A stretch of 63,461 bases of DNA, filler included, from Octopus bimaculoides (lineage: Eukaryota): assembly GCF_001194135.2 (NCBI RefSeq). It is 6 parts of 6 records of this genome, joined end to end, with 100 filler letters (N's around TTAATTAATTAA, not from the genome) between each part and the next. Parts side by side here need not be neighbours in the genome. Positions count along the whole stretch, not along the records: positions 15,202 to 30,310 come from NC_068995.1; positions 30,411 to 37,139 come from NC_069002.1; positions 37,240 to 52,840 come from NC_068986.1; 3 more parts are not named here. One strand, 5' to 3'. The notes under the pieces were generated by a model. That model made no database searches. It was not told where the DNA came from and worked only from the letters and a program-made list of their open reading frames with translations. Numbering within the stretch: the first letter of the stretch is position 1; each line of letters begins with the position of its first letter. Shown here one piece after another: positions 24,855 through 38,640 of this stretch. The position numbers and the translations under genes were made by a program.

Positions 24855-24999
24855 TTTTAAAATTATAATATTATCCATCATTCTTTCTCGAAAATCACAT
24901 CTAATACTCTAGTAATTGACAGATGTGTAGGAATATTCAGACTTTAATTCCCACGAGGTCCCCAAAATTGATAATATATATTCAGAGTTGTTAAATATA

Positions 25000-26112
25000 A
25001 CACATTTGAAATGCTTAATTTAAATACTCACTGATATACAAATAATAAAGAAAGTTTGAAAGTTAATTTATCATCCACTATTAACAAACATATGACCTGT
25101 CATTAATCTAATTGCATCGATCAGTATATATATATATATATATAAATGCAGAAATATGACTCGAAATACGCTTTGGTGTGGGTTTTGCAGTTTTGTAAGT
25201 AACACACCAGTAGCAAGGCATGAGACTGGATTGCATTGGAATGATGATCTGCTGAAATGGAAGCAATTAATCCATAATAACATTGCACCTAACTTTGCAT
25301 CTAAAAATAAGATACAGAGCCCATCAGTTCAATGTGTAATACAATCAAAGAATTAGAACATATAGTTCTCTCTAAGTCATTCCTGTTTACAATGGATCGG
25401 TGGAAATGTCGTTCATTAAATTACTAAATACCTATTATCAAGCGAATGTTAATATTTTCCCCATTTGAATCAGAGATGTGAGAAATTGCTCTGTGTTCTT
25501 TCCCATAAACATCTCCACGGAGATGTAAAAGAGGAGTTTTGAAATTATGCCAATTGCACATGAAACTATCAATTGTCTATCTACTTTATTAATGTGGAGG
25601 TTAGCCAAACCAACAACAAGAGCTAAGCAAGCGCTCTGATTTACTTACAATGTAAATTCCATGAGGGCGACATACGTGTGCTGATTTGAGCAATAATGAT
25701 GACCGTTTGAATCTTTTCAAGCAGAGGAGAAAACGTCTAGATCAACTACAACATTTTTATCAGAAGTCCTGTACATTTTATTAATTGAGAAAAGCTCACA
25801 GAGTAATTGAAAGCCAGCTTTGACTCTTATTTTATATTAAATGATATTAATTGTCAAGTGGTATCGCTGTACTTAGTTTGGTGGTTAAACGCAATTGTGT
25901 GTTAGTCAGTTACCTGCTCATATCCAATCTAGCTTGCCACAGCAAAGTAGAATCATGTTTCGTAGATATTTCAATGATTCCTCAGGAGCAATCGGGTCAT
26001 GTAATCCATGGGGATATGCCAGGTAAAAAGAATAATAAAACGTATCTTCTATTGCAGTTGATTTGATGTCATATATCTAATATTTATTGAAGTTACATCA
26101 ACAGTAATTTAG
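25000..26112 (+). pseudogene. CR copy 3, heavily decayed pseudogene
   Basis: Fragments align to copies 1 and 2: LHWNDDLLKW, PSV/MCNTIK, YNGSVEMSFIKLLNTY, GEN..TTFLSEVLYILLIEKS, SSGIAVLSLVV and DISMIPQEQSGHVIHGDMPGKK. It carries many frameshifts and stops and a (TA)n insertion at ~25125-25143. Confidence 0.85.
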
Positions 26113-27286
26113 ATAGAAATTTTTTTTACTACTTCTGACAGGACACAAACATTCCTTCTTTTAAGTACAAAACCACTCTAATAATTCTCAGATATACAGA
26201 AATATTTAATCTTTGCTTGACATGTGGTTGCCAATATTAACAATATATGTCTAGCCTGTGTCACATTACACATTGGAAATGCTTAGCTTAAATTCTGGCA
26301 GTATATTGCCAACGGTATGGGGCATACATTGAAGAAAAATTCTGCCCATTCGACTTCGTTCAATCTACATTCTTGTTTATAATTAAATTTTGCTATGCAA
26401 GCCTGTATGAAAAACGAAGCACATATGCCGTGTCAAAACGTCTCTTAACAGGCCACGGATCAATACGAATACAAGCGCGCGCACACGTAGACATATACAT
26501 ATTGCTACAATGCATATACACAAATGTACGTGATACATAACAATACTACCTGAGTATCCCGTCGTTGTCGGCATATTTCCAGAATAGAATACCATAGTAG
26601 ACTTTCGGAATGACACATTCACATAGGCTGGATATTCTCTAATTTTAGTGGGTCTTTAAAAACCATTTTTTTTTATTCACCACACACTCAGAAATGAAGG
26701 GAGGAAGTTTTTCATGAATGAAAAGTTTTGACAATTCAAGAATCATCTTTCCCCTTTCCGGAGCGATTTTCTTAACTTTTTTTATTGGTACTATGCACTT
26801 AATAATGATATGAGAGGCATTTGCGGTACAATGAAAGGAAAAAAAATGTTTTGAAAGGTTATGAATATTTTAAAACTCCTCTCCTTTATTCAGTATCTAT
26901 TTAAACGTTTGATTTTGTCTTTTTGCACAACACACTTATAACTGATTGAAGCATTCTTGACGATTGAATATCGGCGTCCACCATTATAATACGCACTCCA
27001 TTAATTTTCAAACAGAAAATAAAATGAGATTGAAAAACAGTTACATTTTTTATAATTTTTCATAAACCCCGCTCCTCATAAATCCTAAAATTTTGGGTTT
27101 TACGAAAGTGTTTTTCAGCAATACATTTAAAATACGAACAATCTGAATCTGCAATTTGATTTTGTATATAATTTTAAGATACTTTCGTTTTTGTATGTGG
27201 TTTGCAAGATTCTTTATGTGAATTTGTTTGCGAAGTATATTTTATTGTGTCTGGGAGAAGTCATTCTCTTATAGTGCCTTATTAAT

Positions 27287-27427
27287 TTAACCCACTCACT
27301 GGTCTGAATTACACTGGTTTACTTATTTTATTTCACTAAAATTTTCGTTGCCTTTTCAATAGTCGTTGAATATTTTAGTAAAAAATAATAAGTAAATCAA
27401 TGGAAATATGACCGCTGAGTGTGTTAA
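27287..27427. mobile_element. piggyBac-like MITE
   Basis: TTAA at both ends; imperfect TIRs TTAACCCACTCACTGGTC / rc TTAACACACTCAGCGGTC. Confidence 0.7.
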
Positions 27428-27879
27428 ATTAATAATGCACTTTAAGGTAATTATCAGACGGAAAATTGTGTCATTTAAGGGAGATTTAGATGTTGTTTCT
27501 AGTACGTCCAAGAAAAAGACTCTGCCCTTGTTCTAAAATGTTATACATTAACCATTATCATGTCTTGTACCATTTCACATCTTAACGGATGGATTATGTA
27601 CTCGTCGACTTTCTATGGAAGCGGCGTGTTTCAAAGATTAAGTGTTCTGTTTGTTGTAATCACTCGCTAATTGAAGGACTTGGATGTCACGTGTGATAAT
27701 GCGTAATCATGTACTTTAGCAGAAACGCAACTAACGTGTCTTTGACAACAAGAACGAGGAGTTGCCATTTGAGAGAGACTCTCATTTCCCTTCCTCATCA
27801 GATTTTTAGTGAGCTGTAGTCGTGCATCATGACGTGACCGGACCAAAATTTGGCAACCGGAGTTTCGTCAAGTACTCTT

Positions 27880-28400
27880 GGCTTTCAGCTAGATGGGTTG
27901 TCCGCGAATAGACTGCAGTTGTTGATGTATGGGTCGGAAGTATTTATTGCCAAGGTTCATAGATAATCTCTAGAAGTCTCTGGTCTAGCAATACGAAAGT
28001 GATTCGTGGTATTGTCAGTAGTAAAGAAACTCTACAGCCAAGTGCTAGAGATTCGTGCAGAGCAAAGAAATTTTGCTGCATGCTTTTGTCGAGAGCCCTA
28101 GACTTACTGAATTGTCACAGCTGTCACATGTTTCACATGTTTCACGGATTCGACTATAAATGGAGTTTGTTTCAAACATTGTCCCACTTCCTCTCAATGA
28201 TCAGAAAGGAGACAGTATATTTATCATTCTCATTGGCTTTCGCAAACGTAGTTAGGTTCTTGGACGAATTTGAAAGGGTTAACAACAGACGATTTCCACC
28301 TTACATACTAGAAAATTTATTGCGAGTGACAACGATATTCCAAGAGAACAGGCTCGCTCCGAACATAGGCCTTTATATTTATAAAGAAAGATGTGAAGAG
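27880..28400 (+). mobile_element. Possible very old LINE RT remnant
   Basis: Weak motifs only: LDGLSA..LMYGSE, VLSVVKKLYSQVLE.RAEQRNF and VYLSFSLAFANV resemble RT subdomains 0-3. Confidence 0.3.
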
Positions 28401-29229
28401 TTACTTGACCTTAGCTTTGTGTGGTTTTCATGTTTAACCATTATTGTGGAATATCTTTTGCTTGAATTTTGTACTTCTTAGTTTTTGCTTTCTTTCTGTA
28501 CTCTCTTCCATTTATTTGTAAAAATGTAATAACGAATAAAATATTAGAAATAATTATTATTGTTGCTTTTGTTGTTGTTGATTTTGGTTCTGTTCTCAAG
28601 GCGTCGGGTTGGTTTAGTATAGAAAAATATGTCTTGCCCTATTTGTTCCTGCTTTTTAGCACCTAGTACAGCAATACACTTCGTCGCTCAAGCATCGATA
28701 AAATAAAATAACAGTCCAGCTAAGGTACATGCAAACGACTAAGCTCAGTCACTAATATTGCTTGCCTTATACAAGGAAATTTAGAGACACGATGAATGAA
28801 TAATTGTTGTGGAGAATAATTCGTCTTACAACTCTCAGATTATGAAAGATCTGGCTTCTGTTTGGCCAATATATGTATTTGGAACACTGCATTACCTTTC
28901 CTTATAGTGGTGTAGCCAGACAAATTTCCGCCTTCGAATATACTTTTCTATAGTGGCAGAATAATGTTTACAATGATAAATTGACGTTTTTCATGGTGTA
29001 GCTGAGTGTGCGATGTGAACAAACCTTAACATCACGGCTAGTGAATAATGCCAAAAAGCAAAATGTTTGATTAAAAAGGAAGCTGAAGAATTTGTAAAAA
29101 TTGAACCAGGAGACTCAACAACTAAACGTTTTAGAAATATTATTGTCAGTAAAAAGAACATTACGAAAACAACAACAAAATTCTTACTAATATTTTAATT
29201 GCATAATGCAGGAACCTAACACAATCGTG

Positions 29230-30290
29230 GCACGATGGGCAAAACACTTTCCGATCCACGGAAAGTGCTCTGGCAAGGGTGGTGTCGATAATGGTGAGGG
29301 GATATCCACATAGGACGAAGTGGCGAGGCAAGAGTTGAGACTGAGTCTCAAAGTCATGGTTGTCACTGCAGAGCCTGCGTAGGCGGAGGAATTAGGAATA
29401 GGTGATTGAGAGCTTGGTGTATTTAGAGTGGGAAAAGGAGAAGTGTGAGTCTGTGTGTTTGTAGTGGATGGAGGTGGTGAGAGTGGAGTGACTAATGCTG
29501 ACCGAAATGTCGAGAAGGGCGACTAAGGTGTCGGAAATAGTGCAGGAGAGGTGGAGGGCAGGATGGAAAGATTTGACAAAAGAGAGGAAAGAGGCTAGAT
29601 GTTCGTGGGAGAGTGAGGTCGTACCGATACAGTCATCAATATAACGACCGTTTAGTTCAGGAGTGGGAGCAGTGAAACTTGAGAATATTTGGGCCTCAAT
29701 GTAGCCAACGAACAGGTTCGCATAGTCTAGGACTATTTTCGTTCCGATGGCCACTCCCGAGACCTGCTTGCAAAAATCACCTGTAAACGAGAGGACAAGT
29801 TCGGCCAGACGAAGGAATGTGGATAAGTCAGGTTGGGGTTTGGTCGAAGGTCAAGGAAATGTTGGAGTGCACGCAGCCCCTCGTGGTAAGGGATCACCGT
29901 GTATAGAAAGAATCCTGATGTCAAGAGTGATGAGAATTTTAGAGGGGCCAGGTGGGAAAGAGAAAGAGTTGAACAATGAAAGAGCATGGTTGGTGCCATG
30001 GATATGAGAGCGGATAGATGCCAGTAGGGGGCAAGGGCACGATCAAGATTTCAGGAGATGAGTTCGGTGGGACAGTTGTAAGCGGAGACGATGGGGCGGC
30101 CAGGGTTAGATTTGTGGATTTTGGGGAGGAAGTAAAATGTGGAAACTCGAGGGATGCGAACAATGAGGAGTTGGAGGGCAGCAGGCAGTAGAAGGAGGTG
30201 TCTTGAAGTTGACGGAGAGCTACCGCCTTCTAGAGGACTGCACGCCACCCACCACGGCTCCACCATTGTCGGCCGGTTTTATGATGATCA
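29230..30290 (-). mobile_element. Second Penelope-like RT fragment
   Basis: LPKIHKSNPGRPIVSAYNCPTELIS, AIGTK..YANLFVGYIE, RYIDDCIG, LLDISV and HYKHTDSH. Confidence 0.85.
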
Positions 30291-30734
30291 TATATATATA
30301 TATATATATANNNNNNNNNNNNNNNNNNNNNNNNNNNNNNNNNNNNNNNNNNNNTTAATTAATTAANNNNNNNNNNNNNNNNNNNNNNNNNNNNNNNNNN
30401 NNNNNNNNNNTATATATATATATATATATATATATATGTCATGCGAATTTGTTATTTTTTCTTTTTGCCAACATAAAAAAGTGTGTTACTGTCTGGGAGA
30501 TCTTTATGGTAGTAGAAAAGGCATTTCACTCCTATTTCTAAATTTGGTGCGTGGAGAAACAATTAGCTGACCCCTGATTATAATTATGCTCATAATTATA
30601 GAATATTTATATATATATACATACATACATACATATATATATACATATATATATACATATATATATACATATACATATATATATACATATACATATATAT
30701 ATATATATATATACACACATACATACATTATGTG

Positions 30735-30971
30735 TACAGGGTGCAGCAGAAAGGTTGCCTTGATTTCAAAGGTTAATAAAAACCAAATGCATGAAGACAC
30801 AAGAAGAAAATGATGCTCTCCCCTGCAAGCAATGGTGGGTATAAAACCTGAAACAGAAAAAAAAAATGGCATTTAATGAACTTCATAGAAATACAAAGTT
30901 TTTTTATGCATCTTTGTGTTTGTTCTTTATTAACCTTTGAAATTGGAGCAACCTTTCTGCTGCATCCTGTA
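30735..30971. mobile_element. Tc1/mariner-type MITE
   Basis: TA-flanked TIRs TACAGG(G/A)TGCAGCAGAAAGGTTGC..ATTTCAAAGGTTAATAAA, about 45 bp. Confidence 0.9.
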
Positions 30972-31534
30972 TATGCATGTATATGTGTGTGTGCGTGTGT
31001 GTGTGTGTGTGTGTGAGTGCATGTGCTTTTGACACCAGGTGTTGGTTTGTTTATGTTCCCATAACTTAGCAGTTTGGCAAAAGTGACCAATAAATTAAGT
31101 GCCTGGCTTTAAAAGGTAAGTATCGGGATCAATTTAATCAATGAAAAAATCTTTCGAGGTAGTGCCCCAGCATGGCCACAGTCCAAAGGCTGAAACAAGT
31201 AAAAGTTAAGAGATAAAGATCACGCTTTAAGTACACAGTTCATATTACTATTATCTGCGCGTGGACAAGAGTTTCAACTTGTTTTAGGGATCATCATGTC
31301 TTTTATTTTATTAGTCAAGAGGAGTATGGAAGTAATAATTATGCCATTTGCAGATCATGTGACAGATGTCATTTTATTTAATTCTATTTTATTTAGGGTG
31401 AGTAACCATGTAGCGTTTCTTCAAGAACCCGCTTCCCTCTCCTTCCTTAACTCCCTCATCTCCTAGTGTAAGAAACACCTGTACAGGTGCTAAGTAAAAG
31501 CATGCATGCTTAAGAATTAGTCTTGCGTGTGACA

Positions 31535-31895
31535 TGTAAGGAGCACCCTACTTGTTCCATGTAAAAATCACCCTTCCTGGTGCCACATAAAAAGCACCGG
31601 TGCTGGTGCCACATGAAAATCACTACATCAAAAGTACCTGTGCCACATAAACAGTTCCCATGCTGGTGCCACATGAGAGCCACCTGTGCAAGTGCCATGT
31701 GAAAAGTATCTGTGCTGACATCATATGAGAAGCACTCATGCTGGTGCCCCATAAAAAGCACCCATACTGATTGCACATAAGCAGCACCCATGCTGGTCCC
31801 ACATAAAATGCACCCATGCTGGTCCCACATAAAACATACCCGTACTAGTGCCACGTTTAAAACCCTGGTGCTGGTGTCACGTAAAAAGCACCCAG
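31535..31895 (+). repeat. Degenerate 26-bp tandem array (consensus ~AAAAAGCACCCATGCTGGTGCCACAT), about 13 units
   Basis: Units read off directly; no unique spacers between them. Confidence 0.85.
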
Positions 31896-32068
31896 TACAT
31901 TCTGTAAGGTGGTTGGCATTAGGAAGGGCATCCAGTTGTAGAAACCATGGCAAAACAGACAAAAGGAGCTTGGCGCAGCTTCTAGCTTGCCAGATTCTGT
32001 CAAACTATCCAACCCATGCCAGCATGGAAAATGAACATGCGATGATGATGATGATGATGATGATGATA
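31895..32068 (+). mobile_element. SINE/RTE-like 3' tail ending in (GAT)n
   Basis: GGTTGGCATTAGGAAGGGCATCCAG..AACCCATGCCAGCATGGAAA..(GAT)n. Related tails occur at ~37290-37560 (-), 43860-43970 (+) and 49190-49280 (-). Confidence 0.75.
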
Positions 32069-33476
32069 ACAAAATTCTTCAGTTCTTCAGCGATCTCACT
32101 GTGTCCCTTATAAAGGGCATGGTACATGTTCTTCAACAGTATATCGATGAACGCCTGTTGCTGACAACACAGAATGCTGACTCAACAAATTACAGTTTTT
32201 CTTCTGTAATTACTGTATTAAACTATTAAAACTATTGGACTCTCCCTATTGATTTTTCTCTCCTTGAATATAGTTTGTTTAGTCAGTTCCCTTCAAATAT
32301 ATGTAATGGTAGTTATGGATTCTGGTTGCTGTGGATTTATCGTTGCTATGGAGCTTTCGATGTTCTCAGTTCTTGTGTAATCAACATCAGAGAATTAAAT
32401 TCTTTGTTTTAATAAACAAAGAGCTATTGTAATTACATATGCTTGTATAACGATCGGTTGCTGTCGTTGGCATGGACTGTCGTTAGATTGGTATCAATGC
32501 ATTCTTTATTTAGTAAAGAATTCTTCAAGCACTGACAAGATCATGGCAACTGTAATTTACAGCTGCGTTTTACAGATTATTTTGCTAATGCAAAAAAATT
32601 TTTAAACTAACGAGAAACAAAAAAGTGCATGAGAGTTGCAAGCTAAAAACTGCAACGAGTGCAAAAATTTAAACAGAAATGAAGCAAATAATTATTGCTA
32701 AATTAGAAAATGAAATTATATAAAAAGAATTTTTTATGTTTTTTTTTACAAAGATTTTTTTACGTTATTAAAAATTAGCATCTGAGGAGAAAGAGAAAAA
32801 GTAAGGCAGCATTAAATTTGGTGAAACACTTGCATTGAGTCTGCAGACAACAACGAGAAGAACAGAACTGAACCAACAATAACTATAACAACAACAACAT
32901 CAACACCAATCAGATCAAACAATGTATCTTTCTATTCTTTTCGCTATGATTATAAAGCCATCATTTTATATTAGCAGCTTTCCAATTCGGTTATTTTAAC
33001 CTCATATCTTAACCACATGGGGCATTTTGTTAGAAATAATTCTATTTTACAATTTTATTAATTAATTAATTTCATAATTTGATTTCTTCTTCACCTTCAT
33101 CTTTATTTTTATTAATTTCAGGTTTAGTTTAATTTCAGGATATTTCATTTTTATTTTCCTTTTTATTTTTATTTCCTTTTATTGTATTTATTTTTTTCTT
33201 GTAATTGGTTATCTCACATTGTGTTATAAAACCTACAAAAACAAAAATCCCAAACAAAAACAAAAAGTTGAACAAAAATGGAAATGGGTAAACAATGAAA
33301 ATATGTAAGATCTTTATACATACCTACATACATACCTACATGCATATATATATACACACACATACATACACACATGTGTATGCGTGCATGCGTGTGCTTG
33401 TGTGTGTATGCACTTGTGTATGTGCATGCATGTGTATGTATGTGTATGAATGAATATATGTGTATCTATATATTTA

Positions 33477-33531
<55 letters not shown>

Positions 33532-34280
33532 TATACATACACACACACACACATATATATATATATATTTATACATATATATATGGCATAATATATATAT
33601 ACATGTATGTGTTTACATATATGCGTATGTATGTGAATATATATATATGCATACACACAGATGCATGCATATATATATATATGTATATATATATATGTAT
33701 ATGTATATATATGTATATGTATATATATATATGTNNNNNNNNNNTGTATATGTATATATATGTATATGTATATATATATATGTATATGTATATATATATA
33801 TGTATATCTATATGTATATGTATATATGTATATCTATATGTATATGTATATATCTATATGTATATGTATATGTATATATATATATGTATATGTATANNNN
33901 NNNNNNNNNNNNNNNNNNNNNNNNNNNNNNNNNNNNNNNNNNNNNNNNNNNNNNNNNNNNNNNNNNNNNNNNNNNNNNNNNNNNNNNNNNNNNNNNATAT
34001 ATATATATATATATATGTATATGTATATATGGCAGTTTGTCTGTAATCCTGGAGATTACTATTATTTGTAGTCGTAATTCATTTCCCTATTATTACCATG
34101 GGGTAGGGAGGAGGGGGAGTGCACGAACCAATGGGTTAAACATCCACATGTAACTTCAACAACAACAAAAACAGTCCAACTTCCAAATAAACACAGCTGG
34201 AAAGTTTATATCGTTATTTCTTTTTGTTTTGTGGAGATTTTTTTAAAAATTCATTTATTTTTTAAAAAAATGTTCTTTTT

Positions 34281-34321
<41 letters not shown>

Positions 34322-36278
34322 TAAATCCCCACCGCCCACTCTGTTAGTCCTCATCTTGTCAAATAATTGATCCTGAAATAGCATATTCTTTTCAATAATG
34401 TTAGCAAATCAATTAAGGTTCTCTGTGTGCAAACAATTTCAAACTGTTTTTGTAAAGTAATTGATTTAGCATTTTTCAAGTTTGCCTAATGTGAATATTG
34501 AACGATGGAGCAGTTTGTTGCCATTGTATTGTTCAAGCTGTTATGTGCTGCACTGAAATTACTTAAGGCTCAGTATTGTCAAGGCTGTGGTCAATAAAGT
34601 TGATAAAGGTGTGAGACAAAGATATATCCTTGCTAATTTTTCCCATTGTCTTCTTCATACTGGGCGTTGTCATGGGAAGAAATCTCAGGTGATGTAAAGC
34701 TGTTTATATTTCTTTTGAAAGCCATTACGCAAGTTTGTTCCTGCCACGATTGTTTTCCAGGTGAAAGTCCTGCCAGAAAAAGAAAAAAAGAAAAAATGTA
34801 GACTGTAGCATGTAGCCGGCACAGCTGTGTGGTATGAAGTTTGCATCCCAACCTCATGGTTCCAGGTTCAGTCCTGTAGCGGAGAAACCTTGGTCAAGTA
34901 TCTTATGCTATAGCTTTGGGCCAGGTCATGTGACAGACATCATCTTATTTTATTTTATTTTATTCTATTTTTTATTTTATTCTGCCCTCAAGGGCAGCTT
35001 GAGGGAGGTGGCATTTCTTTTACCTCTTATGTTTTGAGTTCAAATCCCTCCGAAGCCTGTCATCCATTCAAGGTCAATAAAATAAAGTACCAGTCAAGTA
35101 CAGGGGTCAATGTAATTGACCGGCCCACTACACCCTAAAACTGGTGGACTTGTGCTAAAAATGTTGTTGTTATTGTTGTTATTATTATCCTTCTTCTTCT
35201 TCTTGTGAATGAATTTAGTAGATGGAAACTGAAAGAATCCTGTTAACCCATGCCAGTATGGACAATGGATGTTAAATGATGATGATGATGATATATGTGT
35301 GTGTGTGTGTGTGTGTGTGCGTGTTTTTGTAACTGTGTTTGTCCCCCCCACTGTTGGTTGACAACAGGTGTTGGTGTGTTTATGTCCCTGTAACTTAGCA
35401 GTTCAGCAAAAGAGAGCTGATTTAATATGTATCATGCTTAAAAAATTAAGTGCTGGGGTCAATTTGTTCAACTAAAATTCTTGAAGGTACTGCCCCAGCA
35501 TGACCACTGCATAATGACTGAGACAAGTAAACAATAAAAGATATGTGTGTGTGTGTGTGTATGGGAGGGTCTTTGTGTCTCTTTACCCCAACCACTTGAC
35601 ACCCTGTGTTGGTGTGTTTACATCCCTGTAACTTAATGATTCAGTAAAAGAGATCGATAGAATAAGTACCAGGCTATACAATAAGTCCTGGGGTTGATTC
35701 ATTCGACTGAAATTCTTCAAGGCGGTGCCCCAGCTTGGCCACAGTCCAGTCTAATGAGTAAAACAACTAAAAGAGAAAAGATGAAATTTGAGTCTCATCT
35801 CCTGAGGGACAGAGTTCAATTCTTACCTATTCTTGTTGATTTTGCTGCTTGTCTCAGCAAAGTTAATAATTATTTCAAATTTTTGGCGTAAGGGCAGCTT
35901 GAGGGAGGTGGGGGATGAGTCGATTACATCGACTCCAGTGTTCAACTGGTACTTATTTTATCGACCCTGAAACGATGAAAGGCAAAGTTGACCTCAGAGG
36001 AATTTGAATTCAGAACGTAGCGATGGACGAAATACCGCTAAACATTTCACCCAGCGTGTTAACAAGTCTGTCAGCTCGCTGACTTATCTCTGCAAAGTTG
36101 ATAATAAATTAATTATCTGTTATGTGCTTAATTAATTAAGGTGATCATCTTTCTACATTCAAATTAGAAATGGGTACTGTGCCTCGTTAAAAGATATTAG
36201 TATTAAAATAACTACACTTTAATGTCATCGTCATCACCCGCCATCTTTCTACTCCTCATCATCTCCACCATCACCACC

Positions 36279-36312
<34 letters not shown>

Positions 36313-37029
36313 TCATCACTGTCATCATCATCATCATCATCATCATCACTGTTAGTGTGTTGGACAAAGTGTTCAGTGGCATTTCTTCTGGCTCTCTGCG
36401 TCCTGGGTTCAAATCTTGCCACGGCTGATTTTGCCTTGCATCTTTCTTTTCAGGGTTGATAAAATGCATACTGGCTGAGCACCACTGCAAGCAACATAAT
36501 CAATTAGACCCTTCAAAAGAAAGCTGGGCTTGCGCCAAGATGCGAAACCATCCCTGCTATCATCAAAGTGGTGAGCTGACTGAATCATTAGCATGCTGGA
36601 CGAAAATGCTTGGTGGCGTTTCTTTTACCTCTCATGTTTTGAGTTCAAATCCCTCCGAGGCCTGTCATCCATTTGGGGTCAATAAAATAAAGTACCAGTC
36701 AAGTACAGGGGTCAATGTAATTGACCAACCCACTACACCCTAAAACTGGTGCTAAAAATGTTATTGTTATTGTTGTTATTATCCTTCTTCTTCAAATTAT
36801 TATTCTTTTCTGCTCTAGGCACAAGGCCCGAAATTTGTGGGGAGGGGCTAGTCAATTAGATCGATCTCCAGTAGGCAACTGGTACTTAATTTATCGATTC
36901 TGAAAGGATGAAAGGCAAAATCAACCTTGGCGGAATTTGAACTCAGAACATAAAAACAGACGAAATACCACTAAGCATTTCGCCTGGTATGCTAACAATT
37001 CTGCCAGCTCACCACCTTATTATTATTAT

Positions 37030-37065
<36 letters not shown>

Positions 37066-37239
37066 AAATGTACAAAAGCTACCTTTATCAAAAGAAAAAT
37101 GACAAATACATCTAATGTGAACCTTGACCAGCAAAATGTNNNNNNNNNNNNNNNNNNNNNNNNNNNNNNNNNNNNNNNNNNNNTTAATTAATTAANNNNN
37201 NNNNNNNNNNNNNNNNNNNNNNNNNNNNNNNNNNNNNNN

Positions 37240-37289
<50 letters not shown>

Positions 37290-37559
37290 AAACATCATCA
37301 TCATTTAACGCCCGCTTTCCATGTTAGCATGGGTTGGACGATTTGCCTTGGGACTGGCGAACCAGATGGCTACACCAGACTCCAGAATTCTGATTTGGCA
37401 GAGTTTCTACAGCTGGATGCCTTTCCTATCGTCAACCATTCCGAGAGTGTAGTGGGTGGTTTTTGCCTGTCACCAACACGAGGACCAGTCCAGCGGTACT
37501 GGCAACGGCCATGCTCAAATGGTGTCTTTTTGCATGCCACCTGCAAAGGAGTCAGTCCA

Positions 37560-37595
<36 letters not shown>

Positions 37596-37633
37596 TATCT
37601 ATCTATCTATCTATGTATCTATCTATCTATCTA

Positions 37634-37687
<54 letters not shown>

Positions 37688-38609
37688 TGTTCCCCCACCG
37701 TTACTTGACAATTTTTTTTTTTTTTTTAATTATTTCAGTCTTATTTATTTACCATATCACTAAATTACCAATGCCTTTTATCATTTACCTCTTGCACACA
37801 CACACACCCTCCCGCCTTCCAGGCGCATGCGCTCTGGCTGTCTTTTGTCTATCGCTTTTAATCAGAAATTTTGACCAAGTAGGGCTTAAAACAAAATACA
37901 AATAGCTTTTGTAATTCTAACAAAAACTCTTAACTGAAAGCTGTAAAATTATTAATATAAATAAATTATTAATATAACTAAACTAATTTAGTATTCCTTT
38001 GGAATTATTTTATAAAATGTGTTCTCTGGAATGCAAGCATTTCTCTTTTAACTGTTTATCCCACAAGTCTTTGATTACTGTTGGGATTTTATTTTCTAAC
38101 TTTAGTGGAATTATAAAATCATTTCAATAGTTAATTTCCAAATTCTTAACTGCAGATTAATATTGCATACTTAATCAAAAATTAATTTTTACTTGATTTA
38201 GTCATTAGACTGGCCATGCTAGGGCACTGCCTTGAAGGGTTTCATTGAACAAATCAACCCCAGTGCTTATTCTATCAGTCTCTTTTTGCCAGACTGCAAG
38301 GTTATGAGAGTGTAAACAAATCAACACTGGTTGTCAAGTTGTGGGGTGGGGGAGAGAGACAAACATAAAGATACGTACACACATCTTTTTTATCCTTATT
38401 TTATTTTTTATTTGTTTCAGTCATTTGACTGTGGCCTTGAAGAATTTTTTGTCAAATGAATCAATCCCACTTTTTTTTTTCTTCCATTTTTTAAAAATTT
38501 GGTTGGTACTTATTCTATTGGTCTCTTTTGCCAAACCGCTAAGTTATGGGTATGTAAATGCATCAACACCAGTTGTCAAGCAGTGGTAAAGACAAGCACA
38601 AAAACAAAG

Positions 38610-38640
<31 letters not shown>

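Noticed and set aside
31535-31895. CRISPR-like appearance of the 26-bp array
   Set aside because: There are no unique spacers and no cas genes, and the context is eukaryotic.
32340-32552. RFX X-box-like half sites (GTTGCTATGG, CATGGCAAC)
   Set aside because: The matches are partial, expected by chance in 63 kb, and no gene start can be tied to them.
33314-34153. Long YI/CV/HT-rich ORFs here and at 6205-6644, 15719-16472, 53017-53516 and elsewhere
   Set aside because: They are translations of (TA)n/(TG)n/(TATG)n microsatellites and N gaps.
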